From assembly GCF_000017305.1 (NCBI RefSeq), contig NC_009664.2:3300001-3332000 (forward strand): 32,000 nucleotides of DNA. Direction: 5' to 3'. Made by a program: the position numbers and the translations under genes. This stretch comes from Kineococcus radiotolerans SRS30216 = ATCC BAA-149 (lineage in GTDB: Bacteria > Actinomycetota > Actinomycetes > Actinomycetales > Kineococcaceae). Positions 15,252 through 22,699 of the stretch are shown here, one piece after another. The number at the start of each line of letters is the position of its first letter. Position 1 is the first letter of the stretch. The notes under the pieces were generated by a model, which did not search any database, had not been told where the DNA came from, and saw only the letters and a list, made by a program, of their open reading frames with translations.

Positions 15252-15285
15252 GGTGCCCGGCCCGGCGCGAGCCGGACCGGGCACC
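15252..15285. terminator. Strong hairpin between convergent dcp and nuclease genes
   Basis: GGTGCCCGGCCCGGC / GCCGGACCGGGCACC: 15-bp stem with one mismatch, loop GCGA. Confidence 0.55.
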
Positions 15286-15301
15286 GTTCCCGGGGAGCGG
15301 G

Positions 15302-17908
15302 TCAGGACCAGGGGCCCTCCGGGTCCTCGACGCCCTGGCCGCGGCCCTGGTCGAGCACGTCCACGCCCGCCCCGCCGAGGAGGCGGTCGGAACCGTTGTC
15401 CCCGTTCAGGACGTCCTTCCCCGTCCCGCCGACCAGGACGTCGTCGCCGTTGCCGCCGGAGATCCGGTCGTCCCCGTCGCCGCCGCAGAGCACGTCGTCG
15501 CCGTTGCCGCCGGTGATGACGTCGTTCCCGCCCAGGCCCACGACCACGTCGCGGCCGTTGGTGCCCTTCAGCACGTCGTCGCCGGCGGTGCCGCGGATCG
15601 TGGGCACCAGGCCCTGGCAGCGCTCGTCGAGGTCGATGCCGAACACGACCGGGTCGTGGTCGCTGGAGCGGTACGGGTTCGGCGCGTACAGCGCCGGGTC
15701 ACCGGTGTACTGGTACGCGAAGGACTCCACCGAGTTGATGTTCCAGTGGGTGGCGTCGGTGACCTTCGCCGTCAGCTCCGCGCTGGCCAGCGCGTGGTCG
15801 AGGGAACCGGACAGCGCGTCGAAGACGTAGCTGTAGCGGCCCGCGTCGAACCGCTCACCGAGGTCGACCAGGCCCGCGTCGGTGCGCAGGACCTCGATCG
15901 GGTCCTCCTGCGTGTAGGCGTTGAAGTCGCCCAGCGCCACCACGTCGGCATCGCCCGTGCTCTCGCGCAGGCGGGCGAGGAACCCGGCCAGCGACTGCGC
16001 CTGGCGGACGCGGTCGCCGTTGAAGGAACCCTGCCCGGTGTCGGCGTTGTCACCGGTGCCGGTGCCGCCCTTGGACTTGAAGTGGTCGGCCACCACGGTG
16101 AACGCGTCGCCGTCCTTGACGAACGTCTGCGCGATCGGCTCGCGGGCGTTGGACCACACGGTCTCGTCGACCAGGCCGACGGGCTCGCCGACCGGCTGCA
16201 CGACGTCCTGCTTGTAGATGATCGCGTTGCGGATGACGTCGCGGTCCACCGCGTACAGCTCGGCCGGCATCGGCACGTACGCCCACTCCTGGGACCCGGC
16301 CGCGGTGTTCAGCCGCCGCACCAGGTCCTCCAGCGCGAGGTCGGCGTTCCCGGGGTTCCGGCCGGTGGAGGCGGTGTCCTCGATCTCCATGAGGGTCACC
16401 ACGTCCGCGCCCAGCGCGCGGATCGCGGGCACGATCTTCCCGGCCTGCTCCTCCAGCTCGGCCTGGCTCGTGGCGCCGCGACCGGCCCCGCCGAGGGTGA
16501 GGAAGTAGTTCAGCACGTTGAACGCGCCGACCTGCACGTCGCCGCCGACGGCCTCGGGGGCCTGCGGGCGGGTGTCCTGCGGGGCGAAGACGCCGTCGGC
16601 GGTGCCGTCCGCCGGCTGCAGCCGCCACGCGTCGAAGCCGTACCCCAGCACCAGCGGCTCGGTGAAGCTGACCTCGTCCCCGACGCGCACGGGCGTGGTC
16701 GGGCTCAGGTACGGGCGGGCGGTGACGCTGGCGCGGGCGCTGACGGCGTCGTCGAGGACGATGCTGCGCCGGGCGTTCTCCTCGGCGATCGCCTGCGCGC
16801 CGGCGCCGGGACGGGCCAGTTCGGTGGGCTGCACGAGCACACCCCCCTCGGAGAGGGTCAGCTCGCCGAAGGACGTCAGGTCGAACACCTCGCTGACCGT
16901 GAGGCGGTCGGCGGGGACCACGCGCATCCCCTCCAGCCGCTCGCGGGCGGCGGCGTCGGCGGGCAGGTCCAGCGCGGCGGGCGCGGGCAGGTCGGAGGCG
17001 CCGCCCTCGGCGACGACCGCGACGCCGGAGGCGCGGACCTGCGTCTGGCCGCCGAACTCCTGCGCCTGGCCGGTCACGGTGACGGTGTCGCCGAGGTCCA
17101 CGGCCGCGGCGCTGAAGACGAACACGCCGTCGGAGGTGGCCGGGTCCCCGTCGCCGTCGCGGTCCTGCAGGTAGAACCCGGACAGGCCCGGGGTGTCGCC
17201 GACGACGACACCGGTGACGGTGACCTGCTGCCCGGCGAGCGGCGTCGTCGCGCCGGTGCCCTGCACGGCGCCGATCTCGACGGCCCGGCCGGGGGCGGGC
17301 GGCTGGGGGGTGGCGGCCGGGGCGTTGACCGCGCCGCGAGTGGCCGCGGCGGGGCCGGACCAGGTCGAGGTGCCGTCGGCGGTGACGGTGCGCGAGAGCG
17401 ACTGGCCGGCCGGCTCGGTGCCCGCCTCGGAGACGCCGATGTCGGTGCTGGTGCGCCCCGCGGCCGGGCCGTTCGTCGCGGCGAAGGTGCCCTCGTAGGA
17501 GAGGAACTCGAGCACCTCGCCGCCGCGGACGAGCGCGACGGCGTCGGGGGAGCCGTTCTGGACGCCGTTCGCCGGGTAGTCGACGACGGCCACGGCCGGC
17601 GCGTCGGCGGGCGCGGTGACCGCGGGCAGGGCGTCGGTGTCGTAGGTGGCGCCGGTGCCGCCGTTGTAGAGCACCACCGACAGGCCGGCCGAGCTCGTGC
17701 CCGCGGGCAGCTGCACCTCGACGAACTCACCGGAGTCGGTGCCGGCGTTGTCGTAGTGCAGCTCGGAGACGAAGGGGGTCGTCGGTGCGGCGGCGGAGGC
17801 GGGGGCCGCGGCGATCGCGGGCAGGCCCAGCGCCGTCAGCGAGACGGCGGCGGCACCGACGGCGGCGCGGCGGGCGCGGGGGCCCAGGCAGCCGGGGGGG
17901 AGGAACAT
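15302..17908 (-). CDS. ExeM/NucH-type secreted nuclease (LTD + endonuclease/exonuclease/phosphatase fold + Ca-binding repeats)
   Basis: Signal peptide (RARRAAVGAAAVSLTALGLPAIAAAPASA). LTD-like FVSELHYDNAGTDSGEFVEVQ. EEP core blocks (VGAFNVLNYF, VVTLMEIED, ALGDFNAY, SSDHDPV). C-terminal GGxGxD nonapeptide repeats. ATG preceded by GGAAGGA. Confidence 0.88.
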   Translation of the reverse strand: MFLPPGCLGPRARRAAVGAAAVSLTALGLPAIAAAPASAAAPTTPFVSELHYDNAGTDSGEFVEVQLPAGTSSAGLSVVLYNGGTGATYDTDALPAVTAPADAPAVAVVDYPANGVQNGSPDAVALVRGGEVLEFLSYEGTFAATNGPAAGRTSTDIGVSEAGTEPAGQSLSRTVTADGTSTWSGPAAATRGAVNAPAATPQPPAPGRAVEIGAVQGTGATTPLAGQQVTVTGVVVGDTPGLSGFYLQDRDGDGDPATSDGVFVFSAAAVDLGDTVTVTGQAQEFGGQTQVRASGVAVVAEGGASDLPAPAALDLPADAAARERLEGMRVVPADRLTVSEVFDLTSFGELTLSEGGVLVQPTELARPGAGAQAIAEENARRSIVLDDAVSARASVTARPYLSPTTPVRVGDEVSFTEPLVLGYGFDAWRLQPADGTADGVFAPQDTRPQAPEAVGGDVQVGAFNVLNYFLTLGGAGRGATSQAELEEQAGKIVPAIRALGADVVTLMEIEDTASTGRNPGNADLALEDLVRRLNTAAGSQEWAYVPMPAELYAVDRDVIRNAIIYKQDVVQPVGEPVGLVDETVWSNAREPIAQTFVKDGDAFTVVADHFKSKGGTGTGDNADTGQGSFNGDRVRQAQSLAGFLARLRESTGDADVVALGDFNAYTQEDPIEVLRTDAGLVDLGERFDAGRYSYVFDALSGSLDHALASAELTAKVTDATHWNINSVESFAYQYTGDPALYAPNPYRSSDHDPVVFGIDLDERCQGLVPTIRGTAGDDVLKGTNGRDVVVGLGGNDVITGGNGDDVLCGGDGDDRISGGNGDDVLVGGTGKDVLNGDNGSDRLLGGAGVDVLDQGRGQGVEDPEGPWS
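15350..15565 (-). repeat. RTX/hemolysin-type Ca-binding nonapeptide repeats (coding, about 8 units)
   Basis: GTNGRDVVVGLGGNDVITGGNGDDVLCGGDGDDRISGGNGDDVLVGGTGKDVLNGDNGSDRLLGGAGVDVL. At DNA level ACGTCGTCGCCGTTGCCGCCGG recurs 54 nt apart (15438 and 15492). Confidence 0.75.
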
Positions 17909-17941
17909 GCGGGTCCTTCCAGGGGGACGACGGTCGGCCGC

Positions 17942-17985
17942 ACGCTAGGTGCGACGTGTGACACCACCGTGTCCAGCAGGTGAAC
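17942..17985 (-). promoter_or_regulatory. PHO-box-like 11-nt direct repeats plus candidate -10 upstream of nuclease gene
   Basis: Minus strand reads GTTCACCTGCT GGACACGGTGG TGTCACACGTC (17985->17953), three contiguous 11-nt units with xxxCAC in phase. TAGCGT (17947->17942) is a TAnnnT -10 candidate about 34 nt upstream of ATG 17908. Confidence 0.45.
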
Positions 17986-18010
17986 CGGAATCCGGCGGGG
18001 CCCGCGGGGG

Positions 18011-19069
18011 TTGCCGACGGTCGTGAAGTCGATCATCCACACCGAGACCGGTCCCGCCTCCGTCCTGCGCCTGGAGGAGCGGCCCCTGCCCGTCCCCGGC
18101 GCCGGGGAGGTCCGCGTGCGCGTCGTCGTGTCGGGCGTCAACCCCACCGACTGGAAGTCCCGCCGCGGCCGCGGCAACGGGCAGGCGCTCGCCTTCCCCG
18201 AGATCACCCCGAACCAGGACGGGGCCGGGGTCGTGGACGCCGTGGGTCCCGGGGTGAGCGACCTCGCCGCGGGCGACCGGGTGTGGACGTGCATGGCCGC
18301 CCAGGGCCGCCCGACCGGCACCGCGCAGGAGTTCACCGTGCTGCCCGCCGAGCGCGTGGTCCGGCTGCCCGACGGCGTCTCCTTCGACGTCGGGGCCTCG
18401 CTGGGCGTCCCGGCCGTCACCGCGCACCGGGCGCTGACCGTCGCCGAGGACGGCCCCCGGCGGCTGGCCCCCGGCGCCCTCGCCGGGCGCACCGTCCTCG
18501 TCTCCGGCGGGGCCGGGGCCGTCGGGCACGCCGCGATCCAGCTCGCCCGCTGGGCCGGGGCGAGGGTCGTCACCACCGTCAGCGGCCCGGAGAAGGCCCG
18601 CCTCGCCACCGCCGCCGGCGCCGACCACGTCGTCAACTACCGCGAGGGCGACCCCGCCGCCGCGATCCGCGAGGTCGCCCCCGAGGGCGTCGACCTCGTC
18701 GTCGAGGTCGCGATCGCGCCGAACCTGGAGTTCGACCAGGCCGTGGTCCGTCCCCGCGCCTCCATCGCCAGCTACGCCAACAACGGCGGCGACGACGTCC
18801 GCGTCGACATCCGCGCCCACATGGTCCTCAACACCCGGCTGCAGTTCATCCTCATGTACACGATGGGCGACGAGGCGCTGAGCGCCGCCTTCGAGGACAT
18901 CACCGCCGCCCTGCGCGACGGGGCGCTGCCGGTGGGGGAGGAGCACGGCCTGCCGCTGCTGCGCTTCCCGCTGGAGCGGACCGCCGCGGCCCACGAGGCC
19001 GTCGAGGGCGACGCCGTCGGGAAGGTCCTGGTCGACGTCGCCGACCCGGGCTCCGTCGTCCCCGCCTGA
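18011..19069 (+). CDS. NADPH:quinone oxidoreductase / zeta-crystallin-type MDR
   Basis: GEVRVRVVVSGVNPTDWKSRRG, cofactor loop VSGGAGAVGHAAIQLARWAGARVV, tail GKVLVDV. The track start 18011 is TTG; GTG 18023 (VKSIIHTETG...) is an equally plausible start. Confidence 0.88.
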   Translation: MPTVVKSIIHTETGPASVLRLEERPLPVPGAGEVRVRVVVSGVNPTDWKSRRGRGNGQALAFPEITPNQDGAGVVDAVGPGVSDLAAGDRVWTCMAAQGRPTGTAQEFTVLPAERVVRLPDGVSFDVGASLGVPAVTAHRALTVAEDGPRRLAPGALAGRTVLVSGGAGAVGHAAIQLARWAGARVVTTVSGPEKARLATAAGADHVVNYREGDPAAAIREVAPEGVDLVVEVAIAPNLEFDQAVVRPRASIASYANNGGDDVRVDIRAHMVLNTRLQFILMYTMGDEALSAAFEDITAALRDGALPVGEEHGLPLLRFPLERTAAAHEAVEGDAVGKVLVDVADPGSVVPA

Positions 19070-19082
19070 GGTCCGGCCCGGT

Positions 19083-19128
19083 CCCCGCCGCGGCGCCACC
19101 CCCGGACGGGTGAGGCGCCCCGGCGGGG
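19083..19128 (+). terminator. Long imperfect hairpin after oxidoreductase gene
   Basis: CCCCGCCGCGGCGCC (19083-19097) pairs with GGCGCCCCGGCGGGG (19114-19128): 15 bp with one mismatch and a 16-nt loop that can itself pair (ACCC/GGGT). Confidence 0.35.
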
Positions 19129-19220
19129 CTTCAGGCCGTCCCGGCACGTGCCGAAGGCTCCTCGGAGCACGCGCCGGGGCAGCCCACCGGCACTCGATCC
19201 GAGCAGGGCGGAGACCCCTG

Positions 19221-20126
19221 GTGACCATCGACAGCAGCTTCCCGACCAGCACCCCGGCGGCGGGCCCACCCCTCGTCATCGCCCACCGCGGGTACTCCTC
19301 CGTGGCGCCGGAGAACACGCTCGCCGCGTTCGAGGCCGCCCTGCGCTGCGGCGCGGACATGGTCGAGACCGACCTGCACCCCGCCGCGGACGGCTCCGCG
19401 GTCCTCATCCACGACGCCGAGGTCGACGCCACCACCGGCGGCAGCGGCCGGGTCGCCGACCTCGCCCGCGCCGACCTCGCCCGCCTCGACGCCGGGGCGT
19501 GGTTCTCCGCCGCCTACCGCGGCCAGCGCGTCCCGCTGCTGGCCGACCTGCTGGACCTGCTGGCCCAGCACCCCGGCGCCCAGCTGCTGCTGGAGCTGAA
19601 GGGCGTCTGGGGCCGCGCGCAGGTGGAGGGGGTCCTGCGGGAGGTGCGCCGCAGCAGCGCCCTGGAGCAGGTCGTGCTGCAGAGCTTCGAGGTGAGCACG
19701 CTGACGACCGTGCAGCAGCTGGCCCCGCGCGTGCGCCGGGCCGTCCTGCTCGACGACCTGGAGGCCGACGCCCTCGCGCAAGGCCGCGCCCTGCGCCGCG
19801 ACCTCGGCGTCATCGCCTGCAACCCCTCCGTGGCCGCCCTGGCGGCGCGGCCCGCCGCGGTGGCCGAGCTGCACGCGGCCGGGCTGGCGGTGTGGCCGTG
19901 GACCGTGGACGAGGCGGCGCTGTGGCGGGTGCTGGTCGAGGCCGGGGTCGACGGCGTCATCACCAACCGCCCCGACGGCCTCCTCGGGTGGCTCGAGGCG
20001 CGCGAGGACGCGCGCCCCGAACCCGCCGACCTGCTGCTGGCCGCGCTGGCCCAGCGCGGGCGGGCCCTGCCGGGTCCCACGACCCCGCAGGACGTGCCCG
20101 AGCCCTTGCCCGCGGCCGCGCGCTAG
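19221..20126 (+). CDS. Glycerophosphodiester phosphodiesterase (GDPD family), no signal peptide
   Basis: PLVIAHRGYSSVAPENTLAAFEAALRCGADMVETDLH (HR...EN...E.D catalytic pattern), later LLLELK and VWPWTVD. Start set to GTG 19221; the upstream part of track ORF (19110..) is Arg/Gly-rich and overlaps the hairpin. Confidence 0.85.
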   Translation: MTIDSSFPTSTPAAGPPLVIAHRGYSSVAPENTLAAFEAALRCGADMVETDLHPAADGSAVLIHDAEVDATTGGSGRVADLARADLARLDAGAWFSAAYRGQRVPLLADLLDLLAQHPGAQLLLELKGVWGRAQVEGVLREVRRSSALEQVVLQSFEVSTLTTVQQLAPRVRRAVLLDDLEADALAQGRALRRDLGVIACNPSVAALAARPAAVAELHAAGLAVWPWTVDEAALWRVLVEAGVDGVITNRPDGLLGWLEAREDARPEPADLLLAALAQRGRALPGPTTPQDVPEPLPAAAR

Positions 20127-20144
20127 GCGGGCCCCCGGCCCGCC
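20126..20144. terminator. Short hairpin between convergent GDPD and xpb genes
   Basis: GGCGGGCC ccc GGCCCGCC: 8-bp stem, 3-nt loop, filling most of the 24-nt gap. Confidence 0.3.
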
Positions 20145-20150
20145 CCCGCC

Positions 20151-21824
20151 TCAGCCGGGCAGGACCCCGTCGGCGTCGGGGACGCCGCCGTCGATGTCGT
20201 CGGCGTCCACGATCCGGTAGGCGTAGCCCTGCTCGGCCAGGAACCGCTGCCGGTGCGCGGCGTAGTCCTGGTCCTTGGTGTCGCGCGAGACGACGGTGTA
20301 GAACCGCGCCGAGCCGTGGTCGCCCTTGGGGCGCAGCACCCGGCCCAGGCGCTGGGCCTCCTCCTGGCGGGACCCGAACGAACCCGACACCTGGATGGCG
20401 ACCTTCGCCTCGGGCAGGTCGATGGAGAAGTTCGCGACCTTGCTGACCACCAGGGTCGTGATCTCGCCGTGGCGGAAGGCGTCGAACAGCCGCTGCCGCT
20501 CCTTGACCGTGGTCTCGCCCTTGATCACCGGGGCGTCCAGGCGCGCGGCGAGGTCGTCGAGTTGGTCGATGTACTGGCCGATGACCAGCGTCGGCTCCCC
20601 GGCGTGCTGGGCCACGAGCTTCTCCACCACCCGGGACTTCGACAGCGAGGTCGAGCAGAGGCGGTACTTCTCGTCGTCCTCGGCGGTGGCGTAGGCCAGC
20701 CGCTCCGCGTCGGGCAGGGTGACCCGGACCTCGACGCAGTCGGCGGGGGCGATGTAGCCCTGCGCCTCGATGTCCTTCCACGGCGCGTCGTAGCGCTTGG
20801 GCCCGATGAGGGAGAACACGTCGCCCTCGCGGCCGTCCTCGCGCACCAGCGTCGCCGTCAGCCCCAGGCGGCGGCGGGCCTGCAGGTCCGCGGTCATCCG
20901 GAAGATCGGGGCGGGCAGCAGGTGGACCTCGTCGTAGAGGATGAGGCCCCAGTCGCGGGCGTCGAAGAGCTCCAGGTGCGGGTAGACGCCCTTCCGCTTC
21001 GTCGTCACGACCTGGTACGTCGCGATCGTCACCGGGCGGATCTCCTTGCGCGCACCGGAGTACTCGCCGATCTCGTCCTCGGTCAGCGACGTGCGCTTGA
21101 GCAGTTCGTCGCGCCACTGCCGCGCCGAGACGGTGTTCGTCACCAGGATCAGCGTCGTCGCGCGGGCCTTGGCCATGGCGGCCGCCCCGACGAGGGTCTT
21201 GCCGGCCCCGCAGGGCAGCACGACGACGCCGGAGCCGCCGTTCCAGAAGTTGTCGACGGCCTCGGACTGGTACGGGCGCAGCGCCCAGCCGTCCTCGGCG
21301 AGGTCGATGGCGTGCGCCTCGCCGTCGACGTAGCCGGCGAGGTCCTCGGCCGGCCAGCCGAGCTTCAGCAGGACCTGCTTGAGGTTGCCGCGCTCGCTGG
21401 GGTGCACGAGCACCGCGTCCGGGGCGATGCGGGTGCCCAGCAGCGGCGCGGACTTCCGGCTGCGCAGCACCTCCTCCAGCACCGCCGGGTCCAGGGAGCG
21501 CAGCACGAGACCGTGCTCCTCGTCCTTCACCAGCTGCAGCCGGCCGTAGCGGGCCATCGTCTCGGCCACGTCCACGAGCAGGGCGTGCGGGACGGAGTAG
21601 CGGGAGAACTCCAGCAGGGTGTCGACGACCTGCTCGGCGTCGTGACCCGCGGCGCGCGCGTTCCACAGCCCCAGCGGCGTCAGCCGGTAGGTGTGGACGT
21701 GCTCGGGGGCGCGTTCCAGCTCGGCGAAGGGGGCGATCGCCGCCCGGCACGCGCCGGCGCGGGGGTGGTCGACCTCGAGCAGCAGGGTCTTGTCGCTCTG
21801 GACGATGAGGGGGCCGTCGGTCAC
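20151..21824 (-). CDS. xpb: XPB/Ercc3-type SF2 DNA helicase
   Basis: N-terminal XPB-type domain (LIVQSDKTLLLEVDHP...HTYRLTPLGLWNARAAGHDAEQVVDTLLEFSRYSVPHALLVDV). Helicase motifs VVLPCGAGKT (I), LILYDEVHLL (II, DEVH), GLTATLVRED (III), and a C-terminal RecA2 domain. GTG start. Confidence 0.92.
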   Translation of the reverse strand: MTDGPLIVQSDKTLLLEVDHPRAGACRAAIAPFAELERAPEHVHTYRLTPLGLWNARAAGHDAEQVVDTLLEFSRYSVPHALLVDVAETMARYGRLQLVKDEEHGLVLRSLDPAVLEEVLRSRKSAPLLGTRIAPDAVLVHPSERGNLKQVLLKLGWPAEDLAGYVDGEAHAIDLAEDGWALRPYQSEAVDNFWNGGSGVVVLPCGAGKTLVGAAAMAKARATTLILVTNTVSARQWRDELLKRTSLTEDEIGEYSGARKEIRPVTIATYQVVTTKRKGVYPHLELFDARDWGLILYDEVHLLPAPIFRMTADLQARRRLGLTATLVREDGREGDVFSLIGPKRYDAPWKDIEAQGYIAPADCVEVRVTLPDAERLAYATAEDDEKYRLCSTSLSKSRVVEKLVAQHAGEPTLVIGQYIDQLDDLAARLDAPVIKGETTVKERQRLFDAFRHGEITTLVVSKVANFSIDLPEAKVAIQVSGSFGSRQEEAQRLGRVLRPKGDHGSARFYTVVSRDTKDQDYAAHRQRFLAEQGYAYRIVDADDIDGGVPDADGVLPG

Positions 21825-21863
21825 CTGGTCTTCAACTCCGCAGCTCTCGGCGAACTTCCACGA

Positions 21864-22604
21864 TCAGGCACCGAACCCGGTGTCCAGCCCGTTCGAGTCG
21901 TAGGCCGAGGGGGAGTCGAACCAGCCGCCGGCGCCCAGGACCCCCACGGCCACGACGACGAGGAGGACGAGGAGGACGGTGAGGCCGATGTTGACCCAGG
22001 CGCAGATCTTGCCCGCGAGCAGGAACCCGAGGCCCCGCTTGGCCCCGCGCGCCTCGAGGATCTCCCGGCGCGCTCCCGGGACCAGGGCCAGCGCGACGAT
22101 CGAGGCGATCCAGCCGAGGGCGCCCAGGGACAGCAGGGACAGCGCCAGCCCCCCGACGGCGGTCCACAGCACGGCGTGGGCCGCGCCCGCCACCGGCGGC
22201 TGCTGCTCGTGGCCGTAGCCGGCGGGCCCGGGGTACTGCTGGTTCGGCAGCCCCGGGTACCCGGAGCGCGGGTCCGGCCACGACGGCTGCGGCGGCCCGT
22301 ACGACGGGGACCCGGACGACGGCGGCCCGTACGGCGAGGACCCCTGCGACGACCCCTGGGGCGACGACCCGTAGGGCGAGGACCCCTGCGGCGAGGAGCC
22401 GTGGTGCGGCTGATCGGGCTGGGGGAGGTGCTCCGTCGGCGGGACCGCGGTGCCCGGGTCGACCGGGGGGAGCCGGTACGGGTCGTCCGCGTCCTGGCCG
22501 GCCCGGTCCCCGGACGTCGCCCGGTAGGGGTCCTGCGGGGTGGGCTCCTGGTCGGGCTTCTCCCACCAGGACCGCCCCGCACCGCCCTGACCGCTGTCGC
22601 TCAT
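21864..22604 (-). CDS. DUF4190-like membrane protein with Pro/Ser/Gly/Tyr-rich N-terminus
   Basis: ATG 22604. N-terminal 135 aa are low complexity (SSPQGSSPYGSSPQGSSQGSSPYGPPSSGSPSYGPP). The C-terminus has two TM helices around ...LVPGARREILEARGAKRGLGFLLAGKICAWVNIG..., typical of DUF4190 as recalled. The track shows it as the tail of a spurious 873-aa ORF. Confidence 0.75.
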   Translation of the reverse strand: MSDSGQGGAGRSWWEKPDQEPTPQDPYRATSGDRAGQDADDPYRLPPVDPGTAVPPTEHLPQPDQPHHGSSPQGSSPYGSSPQGSSQGSSPYGPPSSGSPSYGPPQPSWPDPRSGYPGLPNQQYPGPAGYGHEQQPPVAGAAHAVLWTAVGGLALSLLSLGALGWIASIVALALVPGARREILEARGAKRGLGFLLAGKICAWVNIGLTVLLVLLVVVAVGVLGAGGWFDSPSAYDSNGLDTGFGA

Positions 22605-22699
22605 GCTGGTTCGCGCTCCCGTGACGTCTCGTACCGGTGTCCTGCTCGCGCCTGCGCGCCTGCACGACGCTAACCCACGTCGCCGACGGGGACCTCCGC

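Noticed and set aside
17953-17963. TGTCACA...CGTC, reminiscent of the ECF41-type promoter (TGTCACA-n16-CGTC as I recall)
   Set aside because: Here CGTC follows TGTCACA immediately, and the next CGTC is 24 nt away, so the required spacing is absent. The sigma factor in this window is also SigG-like rather than clearly ECF41. The sequence is better explained as the third PHO-box-like unit.
19150-19220. PHO box upstream of the GDPD gene
   Set aside because: Only one unit (GCCCACCGGCA, 19182-19192) loosely resembles the repeat. The adjacent 11-nt windows do not, so there is no phased array comparable to those at phoX and the nuclease gene.
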